NCBI GenBank assembly: GCA_964407105.1 | Contig: CAYOUG010000004.1 | Coordinates: 6,936 to 70,935 of the forward strand | Direction: 5' to 3' | DNA from: an uncultured Candidatus Saccharibacteria bacterium | GTDB lineage: Bacteria; Patescibacteriota; Minisyncoccia; Phycocordibacterales; CALRHW01 | DNA length: 64,000 nucleotides | Part shown: in pieces, positions 46,445 through 57,063 of the stretch | How the letters are laid out: each line of letters begins with the position of its first letter | How positions within the stretch are numbered: position 1 is the first letter of the stretch | Made by a program: the position numbers and the translations under genes | The notes under the pieces: model-generated | What the model was told of the DNA's origin: nothing | What the model saw: only the letters and a program-made list of their open reading frames with translations | Databases searched by the model: none

Positions 46445-47319
46445 TATGCCCTGTTTGTAAAAATGAATCTACGTCACATTTGTTTCAAAAAAATAAATTT
46501 TATGTAAATGTGTGCTCTAAATGTACGTTGGTATTTATTTCAAACCCACCCGCTGACACCGGTATAATTTACGACCAAAGCTATTTTTGGGGCGGATCTA
46601 AAAACGGCGGTTATGTAAACTACGAAGAAGAAAAACAAGCGATGCGTTCGGTTTTTGAAGACTATCTTACACGTATTAATAAATATACCGAGACTGGAAA
46701 CATGCTTGATGTTGGTGCGGCTACAGGCTTTTTTTTACGAGTTGCTAGAGATCGGGGGTGGAATGTTGCTGGTGTAGAAATATCACCACAAGCCTCTGCA
46801 GAAGCGCAAAACAAAGGAATAAAAATGCATACCGGTAGTCTTGAAACTTCTACTTTTCCAAATAGCTATTTTGATTGTATTACAATGTTTGATCTCATAG
46901 AACATGTTACAAACCCTCACGCGGTAATTAAAAAAACTAGTGAAATATTAAAAACAAACGGTTTACTTGTAATTAATACACCAAACATAGGAAGTTTATA
47001 TGCACGCGTACTTGGTAAACAGTGGCATTTGTTATGTCCACCAGAACACTTGATTTTATTTAATAAAAAAAGTATTGAAACACTCCTCACAACATACGGC
47101 TTTAAAATACTTTGGTTTGGTAATATCGGAAAAACATTTACCATTCAATATATTATTCATCAAGCAATTCACTGGATTCCAGCTTTAAAATACTTATTTA
47201 AATTAATACCTTTAGAAAAAACTTTTCTAGGAAAAATTTCTATTCCACTTAATCTTCATGATAATATGTTTTTGATCGCTCAAAAACAAACACTTCCACA
47301 CACGCAAGACGTTCTATAA
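46426..47319 (+). CDS. SAM methyltransferase with N-terminal CxxC..CxxC zinc ribbon
   Basis: CPVC..CSKC, LDVGAATG, FDLIEH, PPEH. Confidence 0.88.
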   Translation: MVMEKIICPVCKNESTSHLFQKNKFYVNVCSKCTLVFISNPPADTGIIYDQSYFWGGSKNGGYVNYEEEKQAMRSVFEDYLTRINKYTETGNMLDVGAATGFFLRVARDRGWNVAGVEISPQASAEAQNKGIKMHTGSLETSTFPNSYFDCITMFDLIEHVTNPHAVIKKTSEILKTNGLLVINTPNIGSLYARVLGKQWHLLCPPEHLILFNKKSIETLLTTYGFKILWFGNIGKTFTIQYIIHQAIHWIPALKYLFKLIPLEKTFLGKISIPLNLHDNMFLIAQKQTLPHTQDVL

Positions 47320-47950
47320 AAGGTATTTTACCAACGACATCATTTATAAAAAATGACACAAGTGGGATATATTTTGGGAAAAGTAATCTCCATTCTCGAC
47401 CAACAAGCTGAAGTCTCTGCTTTTTTGCAATATTAATCAAACTACCGGCCGATATTCTATAATGTGGACCCTCAGGCATTTTCATGTGCAATTTTTCAGC
47501 AACCATTAAAATACCCTCCCACAAAGGATTCGCCATCGAAATAACCACAATACCATTTTCATTCACCGATCGATATAAGCCGGCAAGAATTTTTTCTGGA
47601 TATTGTACGTGTTCTATAACATCAAAAAAAATAACCACATCAAACTGACCAACGTTTATATCAGCTATATCTCCCTTTATAAAATCAATATTTGGTTCAG
47701 TGTGTCTTTTTTTAGCAATTTCTATCATTTCACCAGAAATATCTACCCCCAGACGCTTGGGTACATTTAACGCCTTAAGAATGGTACCCGTACCACAACC
47801 AGCATCAAGTACACTTTTAGCACTCACCGTATAACTACGAGCTATATCTTGAAGATTTTTATAATAAAACCAATTTTTAGATTTCCAATAATCGTAATTT
47901 TTTGCAACCTCATCAAAATGTTCTTCTACTCTTCTTTGTTCCATAAACAT
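47249..47950 (-). CDS. Class I SAM-dependent methyltransferase
   Basis: VLDAGCGTG, GVDIS, FDVIEH. Confidence 0.88.
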   Translation of the reverse strand: MFMEQRRVEEHFDEVAKNYDYWKSKNWFYYKNLQDIARSYTVSAKSVLDAGCGTGTILKALNVPKRLGVDISGEMIEIAKKRHTEPNIDFIKGDIADINVGQFDVVIFFDVIEHVQYPEKILAGLYRSVNENGIVVISMANPLWEGILMVAEKLHMKMPEGPHYRISAGSLINIAKKQRLQLVGREWRLLFPKYIPLVSFFINDVVGKIPFIERLACVEVFVFERSKTYYHED

Positions 47951-47952
47951 TT

Positions 47953-49308
47953 TTATTGAATAAATTTTATTTTTTTAGCAGCAAAAACACACATCTGTAA
48001 CAACAACCATCCGTGACGAAAACGTTGAATTTGAGTTGTACCATAAACCCTGTCTTTATATCTAATTGGCAAATCAACAATTTTTAAATTAAGTTTTGAC
48101 GCACCAAACAACAAATCAAAATCACCAAACGGATCGAAGTCGCCAAAATATTTTCTACCTTCTTTTACGTGTTCATAATTTTTACGCGTCAAAACTTTTG
48201 TACCACAAAGCGTATCTTTTATTTTTTGAGACAATAACCAAGAAAACATGCTAGCAAAAAATTTGTTACCCAGAATGTTTAAAAAACGCATAGCTTGCGC
48301 CTCCATTTCATATACAAGACGTGAACCGTTTACAAAATCAGCACGACCAGACACAATTGTATTGTAAAATTTTGGCAATTCTTCTGGAGGTACGGTCATA
48401 TCAGCATCCAAAATCATCAGTATGTCCATTGTAGCCATAGAAAAGCCCTTTCGAACCGCATCCCCCTTTCCCTTTCCTTCTTGTTGAGCAAATAATATTT
48501 TATGAGTTGAGGCGTGCAATTTTGCTACCCTCTGTATTTCTTCCCACGTTCCATCAGATGAATGTCCTTCTATAAAAATGAGTTCTGTTGCTACACCCAT
48601 GTTTGGTGTGCGTTTTACAATTGATTCAATATTTCCCTTCTCATTACGAGCAGGAACGATAACAGAAACACCCAGTTCTTTTCTTTCAGCTTTTGGTATT
48701 TGTCGTGCAACAATATATTGTGTTATACAAAAAAGAGAAAAAAATGGTAGTTGAGAAACATAACGATTAAGAAAATTTGAAATAAGTGGAATATAAATAG
48801 GACAAATCATTCTTTTGCCTTTTTTTACCACCTCCAAATCAGCAAGATACAACAAATTTTCAACATCACTCACTGAAAGCCAATTTTGCACCTGTTGTAT
48901 TTCTTTTAAACCAATTTTTTCTGCCAAAGAAAAAATTGGTTGCCAAAGATGGTTGTGAAATGTAATAACCAAACGACTCTCTTTATGCATCATTTGATGC
49001 ATATTTTTAAAAGATGTTTCTATATCATGAAGTGTGTTTATTACATCAACACACAAAACATAATCAAACAGATCTTTTAACGACGTCTTTTCTATATTAT
49101 CTTTAAAAAATTTTATTGACGGATAAGATTTCTTTGCTTTTGCAACAAAAGAGGCGTTTGAATCAATACCAACCTTATTTTGGGTTTGAAGTGTATATAA
49201 TAAATCACCGCTACCACACCCAACATCAAGCACAGATGCATGTGTTGGAACCAAAAATGATAAGAGTTTTATTTTATCAGTATGATAATAGTGGTGTAAT
49301 TTGAGCAT
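47953..49308 (-). CDS. Methyltransferase-GT2 fusion protein
   Basis: N-terminal VLDVGCGSG; C-terminal VPARNEKGNI, GKGDAV, LDADMTV, DTLCGTK. Confidence 0.88.
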   Translation of the reverse strand: MLKLHHYYHTDKIKLLSFLVPTHASVLDVGCGSGDLLYTLQTQNKVGIDSNASFVAKAKKSYPSIKFFKDNIEKTSLKDLFDYVLCVDVINTLHDIETSFKNMHQMMHKESRLVITFHNHLWQPIFSLAEKIGLKEIQQVQNWLSVSDVENLLYLADLEVVKKGKRMICPIYIPLISNFLNRYVSQLPFFSLFCITQYIVARQIPKAERKELGVSVIVPARNEKGNIESIVKRTPNMGVATELIFIEGHSSDGTWEEIQRVAKLHASTHKILFAQQEGKGKGDAVRKGFSMATMDILMILDADMTVPPEELPKFYNTIVSGRADFVNGSRLVYEMEAQAMRFLNILGNKFFASMFSWLLSQKIKDTLCGTKVLTRKNYEHVKEGRKYFGDFDPFGDFDLLFGASKLNLKIVDLPIRYKDRVYGTTQIQRFRHGWLLLQMCVFAAKKIKFIQ

Positions 49309-49335
49309 TGTAATTTATTAATAAATGCTCAATTA

Positions 49336-50745
49336 CTATACACGATTTTCTCTTACCAACAAAGAACGAATAAATTTAAACGATTTTTTATCATACAAAG
49401 CAAACAGTGTATAAATAGCCATAGGAAAAAGAAATAGAGTAATTGGTACTCTATAGCGAGCCTGCGCCACCGGACCAGTAATTAATCCGAAATATAGTAT
49501 TGATAAAATAGAAAACGTAAAAACCAAAAAAAGTAAACGCGAATCACGTTTATACCAAACAAAAAAAGGAGCGAAAATGGCACACAAATTAACAATAATC
49601 CAAAATAAAAATCCAAACAAAAACAACAAACCATTTAGTGGATCTGAATATAAATATTTTATTACACCAGAAACATCACCCCGAAATAAAAGCAAACTAA
49701 TATTTGGTAATGGTTTTGTAGAAATTCGCAATTCTCTCAAAAGCAAACGATATCCATCAGAAAAGAAAAGTGTTGCAAAAGAAACCGCGTGCATTTTTGC
49801 ATATAAAATCGGATCTTTTCCTATTATCTCAAATGTTTTTTGGGTAAGATATTTACCATAAAAAACATTTTTCAAATCATCTTTTTGTTGTACTTCAGGA
49901 TTATCTTTTTTGGCCTGATCTATAAGCATTCTCTCAGCCTCGCTTGCAAGTATACCTTTTTTGTAAACCAGAAACTGCCCGGCATCATAAAAATATAATG
50001 TGTACGCACCCTTAGTGGTAAGACTAAAACTATTAAAATGAATATAATTTCTAAAAGACCAACCACCCACCACAGAATACAGAGCCAAAAAACAAACAAG
50101 TGTGTACACAAAAAAATTCTTTTTTTGTTTTATCCAGAAATAAACACCATATGTAATGAAAAAGAGTGGTAAAAAGTAAAGTGTAACTGGTCGTATGATT
50201 GTTGCAATACTTAGTAAAAATCCAGCAAATAAAACATATCTTAAATTAAAAACAAAAAAAGAACGAACGAAAAAATATAATCCAGAAATAAAAAAAACAA
50301 GAAACATTGCCTCCGAAAGAACTGTATTTGATGTATAAACATTCCATGGTTCAACAGCAAACAAAATTGTAGAAACAAAAGAAACACGTTCAGAAAATAA
50401 ATAACTAAGGGTGCGATAAAATAAAACTGTAACAAAAGAAAGTAATACAATCTGTATTAAAATTGATAAAAATGCAGTATTAAACGGTATAGCGGTAATA
50501 GCAAGATAAAATGGATAACCCGGAGTGTTTAGGGCGTCTGGAATAAAAGGTGCTTCTGTTGCATCAGAAAAAATTTGTTCATGAACAATATTTCCAGCCA
50601 AACGCATATATCCCCAAGAATCATCTGTAGAGAAAAAACCATGCGTACCAAACATCATGTATATGGGAATAAAAAGTAGAATTTTAACCACCAACGCAAT
50701 AGTAAAAATTCTTTTTTCAACCTTGCTTAACGACACAAATTTCAT
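49336..50745 (-). CDS. GT-C (ArnT/PMT-like) membrane glycosyltransferase, paralog of 44316-45740
   Basis: DSWGY..PFIPDALNTPGYP, SEAMF, IRP, WSFRN, ARYRVP. Confidence 0.8.
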   Translation of the reverse strand: MKFVSLSKVEKRIFTIALVVKILLFIPIYMMFGTHGFFSTDDSWGYMRLAGNIVHEQIFSDATEAPFIPDALNTPGYPFYLAITAIPFNTAFLSILIQIVLLSFVTVLFYRTLSYLFSERVSFVSTILFAVEPWNVYTSNTVLSEAMFLVFFISGLYFFVRSFFVFNLRYVLFAGFLLSIATIIRPVTLYFLPLFFITYGVYFWIKQKKNFFVYTLVCFLALYSVVGGWSFRNYIHFNSFSLTTKGAYTLYFYDAGQFLVYKKGILASEAERMLIDQAKKDNPEVQQKDDLKNVFYGKYLTQKTFEIIGKDPILYAKMHAVSFATLFFSDGYRLLLRELRISTKPLPNISLLLFRGDVSGVIKYLYSDPLNGLLFLFGFLFWIIVNLCAIFAPFFVWYKRDSRLLFLVFTFSILSILYFGLITGPVAQARYRVPITLFLFPMAIYTLFALYDKKSFKFIRSLLVRENRV

Positions 50746-52094
50746 GTTTGTTTTTTAAAATATTTTATTACAGAACCGACAATAAGCTCATCGTTTTCAT
50801 CATACGAAACAAGATCGCGTGCCTTAATATGAAATTCTGGTAGTCGATTTTTAATCACACGATACCTTTCAAACACAAAAATAACTGGATTTAAAACATA
50901 TTCGATAGCAATACCAAAAACACCAAAAAATGATATTCCCAACGGCAAAAGCACAACTACAGAAATAAATTTAAGAATGTTGGAAAAAAACAAATTTTTC
51001 TGAGCTTTGAGAGCGTAAAAGATTGGAGTAAAAACACTTGCTATGCTAAGCGGTATTAACGCCGGAAGTAAAGCACGGAAAAGTGGTACGGCTTCTTCAT
51101 ACTTTGGAAACAAGAAAATAATAAGTTGTGGCAATATCGCATAAGACAGTGCCAAAACAATTAGAGAATTTATAATTTGGTATTTTAAAGTTTTTTCAAT
51201 CAAAGTATAAAACTTATCTCGATATGAAATATATTGTGGAATAATTGGTGTGATAATTGACGTTAGTGGAAACAGTGAAAGTGTGTGAGAAAATAAACCG
51301 GAAGCAAGAGCAAAAAGTGCAACCGTCTCTGTACCGAGAAACATTTTTATGATAAATACTCTAGCGTTTTGAGTAAGTGTACCAAGATATGTTGAGAAAA
51401 TCCCCCATTTTCCATGATGTTTTAAAAGATGCCAACATGATGTATAAGAATTTGTTGGTGCATAAGAAAACAATCTATAAACACCCAGAAAAACAGGCAA
51501 CATAATCGTTAGTGCAATAAATTGAGACAATACTGCGGAAAGAGCAACACCATGCATTCTAAAATCAAAAATATAAAGAAATAAAATTATACAAAAGAGA
51601 CGACTGGCTTCTTCGGTAATTGTATAAAGTGCTTGAGAAGAAAACTTAAAATACACAGCATATATTGTCATCATACTTGATCTAATTGGTGATGTTAGAA
51701 AAATGAAAGACATTATTTTAAATAAAATACTTATGTGTGTATTGTAATAATACGCCAACAAATTTGAACCAAAAAAAACACACAAAAAAGCGCAAAAACC
51801 CAAAATAACCTGAAGTGAAAAAAATTGTTTAAAAATAACATGCACCTGTTCTATATTTCCCTCGCCTCTTTTAACCCCCATATCTGCAACGACCGTATTT
51901 CCAAAACCCGGTAATAAAAAAATATTAAACAAGGCTACGCCTGTAAGTGTAAGTTCCACAACGCCATATTCATAAAGTGTAAGTTTGTGAAGTACTAAAA
52001 AAACACTACATAAACCTATAATTTTTAATACAAAAACACTTGAGATCGACCACACTGCACCATTTCTCACTGTGTGTACAAAAGTTTTAGACAT
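50742..52094 (-). CDS. Wzx-like oligosaccharide flippase (MOP superfamily)
   Basis: About 12 TMs, LTLYEYG, FLGTETVALF; sits within the GT cluster. Confidence 0.75.
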   Translation of the reverse strand: MSKTFVHTVRNGAVWSISSVFVLKIIGLCSVFLVLHKLTLYEYGVVELTLTGVALFNIFLLPGFGNTVVADMGVKRGEGNIEQVHVIFKQFFSLQVILGFCAFLCVFFGSNLLAYYYNTHISILFKIMSFIFLTSPIRSSMMTIYAVYFKFSSQALYTITEEASRLFCIILFLYIFDFRMHGVALSAVLSQFIALTIMLPVFLGVYRLFSYAPTNSYTSCWHLLKHHGKWGIFSTYLGTLTQNARVFIIKMFLGTETVALFALASGLFSHTLSLFPLTSIITPIIPQYISYRDKFYTLIEKTLKYQIINSLIVLALSYAILPQLIIFLFPKYEEAVPLFRALLPALIPLSIASVFTPIFYALKAQKNLFFSNILKFISVVVLLPLGISFFGVFGIAIEYVLNPVIFVFERYRVIKNRLPEFHIKARDLVSYDENDELIVGSVIKYFKKQT

Positions 52095-53244
52095 TGTTGT
52101 TTTCTAAATTAGAAAAAATTCTTTGTGCACGCCTACTCCACGTATACATTTTAACGCGCTCAAATGCATTATAAGCTCTTTTTTCTGCTTCCTCAGTATT
52201 CTCAATAGCTTGCACAATAGTACCAGCAAGTGCTTGTGGGTTATCGGCAGTGCATAAAAAAGCACTAGTATCATCTATAATTTCAACAATTGAAGGAATA
52301 CGTGAAGCAATAATTGGACGGTTGCTGGCCATATATTCAAATAATTTCATCGGAGAAGTATAGAATGCAGAAATATTTTCTTTTGCGGTATTTGGTAACA
52401 CCACAGCATCTGCCGCTTTTTGCCAAATGGGTATTTCTGTATATGGTTTATGCCCAGCCATAAAAATATTAGAAATATGTCCATATTTATTAGTAAAAAC
52501 AAAAATATCTGATTCGGTTCCTCCCACAAAAACAACAAGGAAATTTGGTGACAATAATGCTGATGCTTGAGCGAGAACATCTACACCTTTCCACCCATAA
52601 AGATGTCCAGTATAAACTATTATTTTTTTATCCAAAGGTAAATGAAGCTTTTTTCTTGCCTCGTCTTTTGAAATATCAATATCAAAAGTCTTCAATTCAA
52701 CCGCATTTGGTTCATAAAAGGCTTTTTTCATATCATTACCCATCAATTCTTTTAAACGCTGTAATTTCCATTTATTATGGACAAGAATTGATCGAACTCG
52801 TGAAAATAACCATTTATGAAAATAAAGTGAACGTTCTGGAAAATCATGCATTTCATAACAAGTACGAGAAAATAAAAAAGAAGTAAAAAAAAGTGGAACA
52901 CTTTCGTTTGAATAGAAAATATCGTTACGTTTTCCAACAACACATAAATACCAAAAACAACTAAAAGCAAATGACACGAAACTCATTCTAAATGCAATTT
53001 TTTTAAAAAAGGTGTAAGAAAAAAGATCTACAACCGGTAAATAGACGAGTTTAAAATTTTTATCCACACCATAATATTTAAACGGATCTTCGTTTATTCG
53101 ACCCCTTCTATTTGGAACCACGAGCGTTACATTCTTGCCGTATTTAGCAAAAGATTCAGCACTTTTTGCTGCAAAAATGGCCGCCGCTTTTTCACTGGGA
53201 AATCGGCCATGAAATATTATAAATACGCTATCGGTAGTAGTCAT
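52087..53244 (-). CDS. GT4 glycosyltransferase
   Basis: YTGHLYGWKGV, SPMKLFEYMASNRPII. Confidence 0.9.
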   Translation of the reverse strand: MTTTDSVFIIFHGRFPSEKAAAIFAAKSAESFAKYGKNVTLVVPNRRGRINEDPFKYYGVDKNFKLVYLPVVDLFSYTFFKKIAFRMSFVSFAFSCFWYLCVVGKRNDIFYSNESVPLFFTSFLFSRTCYEMHDFPERSLYFHKWLFSRVRSILVHNKWKLQRLKELMGNDMKKAFYEPNAVELKTFDIDISKDEARKKLHLPLDKKIIVYTGHLYGWKGVDVLAQASALLSPNFLVVFVGGTESDIFVFTNKYGHISNIFMAGHKPYTEIPIWQKAADAVVLPNTAKENISAFYTSPMKLFEYMASNRPIIASRIPSIVEIIDDTSAFLCTADNPQALAGTIVQAIENTEEAEKRAYNAFERVKMYTWSRRAQRIFSNLENNNV

Positions 53245-53307
53245 ACTATTCGGTACGAATACGAGCATTATCTCATAAAAATGATAAAAATCCTAACAGA
53301 AAATTTC

Positions 53308-53745
53308 TTATAAAATTGTTTCCGACACCGTTTTAAATATAAAAAATTTGTAAATAAAAAAACTTACTATCGCCAAAACACCACTAATCAAAATCTGTGA
53401 CAACATATAGTGTAAATAAAAATGATCTACGAGAATATAAAGAGCGATTGTATTAATAACAAGGTTTACGAGACCCAAACAAAAATGGAGAATCATTTGA
53501 ATATGAATATTGTGTCTTGACATATCACGAAACGTCCAAAATTTTTGAAGAACAAAACTAGCAAAAAAAGCGACCATATACGCAATAATGGCTGAAAAAA
53601 TATACCAAACATAAATATACTCAACCAAAATATGAAGAAGAAGTAAATCTAAAAAAGCAGCAGTTCCACCCGACACTAAAAAACGAAATACTTTTTTATA
53701 CTTATCACTATGATTGTCTAAATGTCGGTTGATAAAATTAATCAT
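53308..53745 (-). CDS. GtrA family protein
   Basis: RFLVSGG, SFVLQKFWTF; 4 TMs. Confidence 0.9.
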   Translation of the reverse strand: MINFINRHLDNHSDKYKKVFRFLVSGGTAAFLDLLLLHILVEYIYVWYIFSAIIAYMVAFFASFVLQKFWTFRDMSRHNIHIQMILHFCLGLVNLVINTIALYILVDHFYLHYMLSQILISGVLAIVSFFIYKFFIFKTVSETIL

Positions 53746-53748
53746 ATT

Positions 53749-54786
53749 TTAAGATTGTGGCTTGTATCTAGATAAGGTTTCATTATTAAATACTTCTTTA
53801 ATAAAAGCTGGCATGAATAAATATTTTTCAAATATAATTCTAGCTTTTTTTTGTCGATCTTCATATTCATTAGATGACCAATTTTTATATAGGTTAACAA
53901 TAGTATCTGTTATCGATCGGATATTTTTATAATCAATGCGAATTATAATATCATCATAAGGAATTTTATCTTCAAGCGGCAATACCATATCAGTATCAAC
54001 AAGGATCGGTATTCTGCTCATAGAAAGAGTTTCATAAAATCTAAGTGAGTAGTTGCCATCCCCTTTTGGCGCAAGAGTAAAATCATTTTCTTGCATATTG
54101 TGTATATATTCTTTACGAGCCAAAACCGGATCAAGAGTAATGCTTTTTTTGTTGCCAGAGTACGACGACCGAGTAATAAAATTAGATTTTATTCTATGAT
54201 CACCAGACAAAATCCTCATAGCTTCCCTACGAAAATACAAACCATCTTTCAAAGGACCTCGTTTTAATATTGTGTTTTTATATAAAAAACGTAAGTGATG
54301 CTGAAAATTTTCAAAATCAGCCTTACCCACAAAACCCACAGAAGGCGTAGCGGTTTTTTCTTTTAATGATATTCCGTACAACACACCAAGATCTTCCACA
54401 AAGGCCGGCATAATAATTTCGTTTAAAGCTAAGGTTTTTTTGTATTGAGAGGGTCTAAAAATGATTGTGTTTGGAATATCTATTTTTTCTGCACCATCTT
54501 GATAAGCGAAAAGTAAAAGAGTTTTCGAGTATTTTTTTGATAGATCAACACACCTCTCTAAATACGATGGCTCTCTTTTAAGTCGTGCGTACATATGAGG
54601 AATTAAAAAATAATCTGCATCTGTGGGGTTATCTACGATAGTAAAAATATCTTTATAAGAAGTGGGGTCAATATTCTGAAAAAGATTGTTGGTAACACGT
54701 TCACCAAAAACAAAATCCAAAATAGGAATCCACGAAACATTTGGTAACAATGGGGTGCAGTAAACCTTAAGAATGTTTTTTTGCAT
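53749..54786 (-). CDS. Exostosin-family (GT47-like) glycosyltransferase
   Basis: FTLAPKGDGNYSLRFYETLSMSRIPILV..LPLED. Confidence 0.8.
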   Translation of the reverse strand: MQKNILKVYCTPLLPNVSWIPILDFVFGERVTNNLFQNIDPTSYKDIFTIVDNPTDADYFLIPHMYARLKREPSYLERCVDLSKKYSKTLLLFAYQDGAEKIDIPNTIIFRPSQYKKTLALNEIIMPAFVEDLGVLYGISLKEKTATPSVGFVGKADFENFQHHLRFLYKNTILKRGPLKDGLYFRREAMRILSGDHRIKSNFITRSSYSGNKKSITLDPVLARKEYIHNMQENDFTLAPKGDGNYSLRFYETLSMSRIPILVDTDMVLPLEDKIPYDDIIIRIDYKNIRSITDTIVNLYKNWSSNEYEDRQKKARIIFEKYLFMPAFIKEVFNNETLSRYKPQS

Positions 54787-55405
54787 AAAAAGTATATCCT
54801 AGTGGGTAGCGATCGATTATCTTCGGCCTTAATTTCAAAAATAATTTGTTCAGAAAAAAATAAGGAATAAACAATATTGGTCTAAAAAAGTTTGGAACAG
54901 AAAGCATGAGATTGTTGTAATTTACATAAAAAGCACTGCTACCCACTGTTTGTATTTTTATATTATCAAAACCGGCCTCAGAAAAAATCTTATAAAGAGT
55001 TTCACTAGTATATCTAAAGTAGTCATGTGGATCTGGATGATAATTTATCATGAATGGCACGAAGCCAATTAGCACACCAGATGGTTTTAATATTCTATTT
55101 ATTTCTCCCAATAAAAATCGATAGTTAAAAATATGCTCGAGAACGTTACATAAAACAACCGTGTCTATTGAATTATCAAAAAATGGCAGTGGATCTTTCT
55201 CAAAATCTATAGGCATAATAGATCCATCTACCGGAGTTATAAGAGAAACTTTCTTAGTATCAAAATATGAAAAATAATCCGGTTTACGACCCCCACCAAC
55301 ATCTACAACGTGTCCAAAAAGTTCAAATTTTTTAAAAGAAAAATTCATTAAAACACGCGCCAAACTTTGTCCCAATATTATTTTTTTAATAATTTCTAAA
55401 AACAT
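54767..55405 (-). CDS. Methyltransferase type 11
   Basis: VDVGGG, NVLEH, HPDPHDYFRYT. Confidence 0.85.
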   Translation of the reverse strand: MFLEIIKKIILGQSLARVLMNFSFKKFELFGHVVDVGGGRKPDYFSYFDTKKVSLITPVDGSIMPIDFEKDPLPFFDNSIDTVVLCNVLEHIFNYRFLLGEINRILKPSGVLIGFVPFMINYHPDPHDYFRYTSETLYKIFSEAGFDNIKIQTVGSSAFYVNYNNLMLSVPNFFRPILFIPYFFLNKLFLKLRPKIIDRYPLGYTFYAKKHS

Positions 55406-56016
55406 TTTTTTTCAAGCACAAAAAAATGATGATACTGATTTTCAAAAGGAATAAAATGCTTTTTAACTAACATTTGTTTTGATAATTTTTCTAAAATTAA
55501 TGATAATTTATAACCACTCTTACCAACTTCCCAATAATGCTGACCGTTAAAAATATGTTTTTTATAAAATGGTATTTTAAATGCAAAACGTATTTCTGAT
55601 AAAAAAGGAATTTTGATACTAAACTTTATTGGTGGACCGAAATGTGGAATACTAATAATTACATGTTTTTTTGATACTCTTTTCATTTCTTCAATACATT
55701 TTTCAAGTTTTTCAAAAGGAAGATGTTCAAGTACTTCAAATGCACACACCACATCGAAGGAATTTTCCGGAACAGGAATAGATTCAACCGAACCAAGTAT
55801 GTCTGGGTGTAAATCATCAGCAATATCAATATTTTTATAATCTATAGAGGTATTGTTTTGTATATATTGTTTTATTACCCCATCCCCAACACCAACCTCA
55901 AGAATAGAGGATGGGCTACACTCTGTGAGGGTGTGAAGTTGATAATAATAACTAGCCCAGCGATCTGGGTAACAGTATTTTTCAAATTTATAATGTTCTT
56001 TATCTACTTGTTTCAT
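55396..56016 (-). CDS. Methyltransferase type 11
   Basis: ILEVGVG, FDVVCAFEVLEH, HYWEVG. Confidence 0.88.
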   Translation of the reverse strand: MKQVDKEHYKFEKYCYPDRWASYYYQLHTLTECSPSSILEVGVGDGVIKQYIQNNTSIDYKNIDIADDLHPDILGSVESIPVPENSFDVVCAFEVLEHLPFEKLEKCIEEMKRVSKKHVIISIPHFGPPIKFSIKIPFLSEIRFAFKIPFYKKHIFNGQHYWEVGKSGYKLSLILEKLSKQMLVKKHFIPFENQYHHFFVLEKKCF

Positions 56017-57053
56017 ATCAGATTTATAATATTTTCAACAAGATTAGAGAGTGAATGATTTTGTACAACAATATTTCTTAATTTTAATGATATTTGTTGC
56101 ATATTATTTTGATTCTCAAACAGGTTTTTTATAATTTCTGAAATTTTTACTAAATCTATCCCATCAACAAATAAACCAAACGGTAAAAGCATATTTTTAA
56201 AAGCTTCATTTGATGTAACTACAACATTACCACAAGCCATAGCCTCAAGAACAGCTTTATCTAAACTTCCAGTATTACTCATGTTTATAAAAATATCCTG
56301 TTGAGAAATATACTCTGGGATATCGTCGTGTTTAATTTCTCCCACAAATACCACTTCGTTATTTAAATAATGCTCAGAAACAATCTCTTTCAACGTATTT
56401 AAATAATCACTGTCTTTTTCTGTTACTGGTCCACCCACAATTTTTAAAAAAACCAACATTCCAGATTTCTTCAAAAGATCAACCACTTCAATAATGCGGT
56501 GATGATTTTTAATTTTTGCTATACGTCCCACAGTTACAAGTCTTAATGTATCGGAAATATTTTTTGTGTGTGGAATAAAAACATCAGTATCAATACCATG
56601 ACCCATAACGTGTAACTTTTTACTTTTGAGTCTAAAGCTTTCTTTTGAAGCACTAAAAATTACGTTAGAAATTTTCTCAGCAATTCTAAGTTTTATATCT
56701 ACATGTTTATGTGTGTACCATAAAGATATTTTTTTACACCAAATTTTCCAAAAAAATCCACCCAATATTACATAAACAGGATTCATGTGTACAAAAACAC
56801 AATCATATTCTTTTCTTAATTTAAAAATATACAAATAAAACCTAAAAATATAGGTAAACCGCGAGACACCAAACTCTTTACCGAGAGAGAAAACTCGCAC
56901 ATTTTCAGGCAAATTATAATCCCCTTTTTCTAAACAAATAACAGTTACCTTGTCACACTTTCGAGCAAACTCTTCTATCCATCTATGAAAAAACCCCAAG
57001 ATGCTATCTTGGCGATTTACTTTTTGTGTAATTATTAGAATATTTTTTTTCAT
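56013..57053 (-). CDS. GT4 glycosyltransferase
   Basis: VGRIAKIK, GSLDKAVLEAMACG. Confidence 0.9.
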   Translation of the reverse strand: MKKNILIITQKVNRQDSILGFFHRWIEEFARKCDKVTVICLEKGDYNLPENVRVFSLGKEFGVSRFTYIFRFYLYIFKLRKEYDCVFVHMNPVYVILGGFFWKIWCKKISLWYTHKHVDIKLRIAEKISNVIFSASKESFRLKSKKLHVMGHGIDTDVFIPHTKNISDTLRLVTVGRIAKIKNHHRIIEVVDLLKKSGMLVFLKIVGGPVTEKDSDYLNTLKEIVSEHYLNNEVVFVGEIKHDDIPEYISQQDIFINMSNTGSLDKAVLEAMACGNVVVTSNEAFKNMLLPFGLFVDGIDLVKISEIIKNLFENQNNMQQISLKLRNIVVQNHSLSNLVENIINLI

Positions 57054-57063
57054 AAATATTCGC

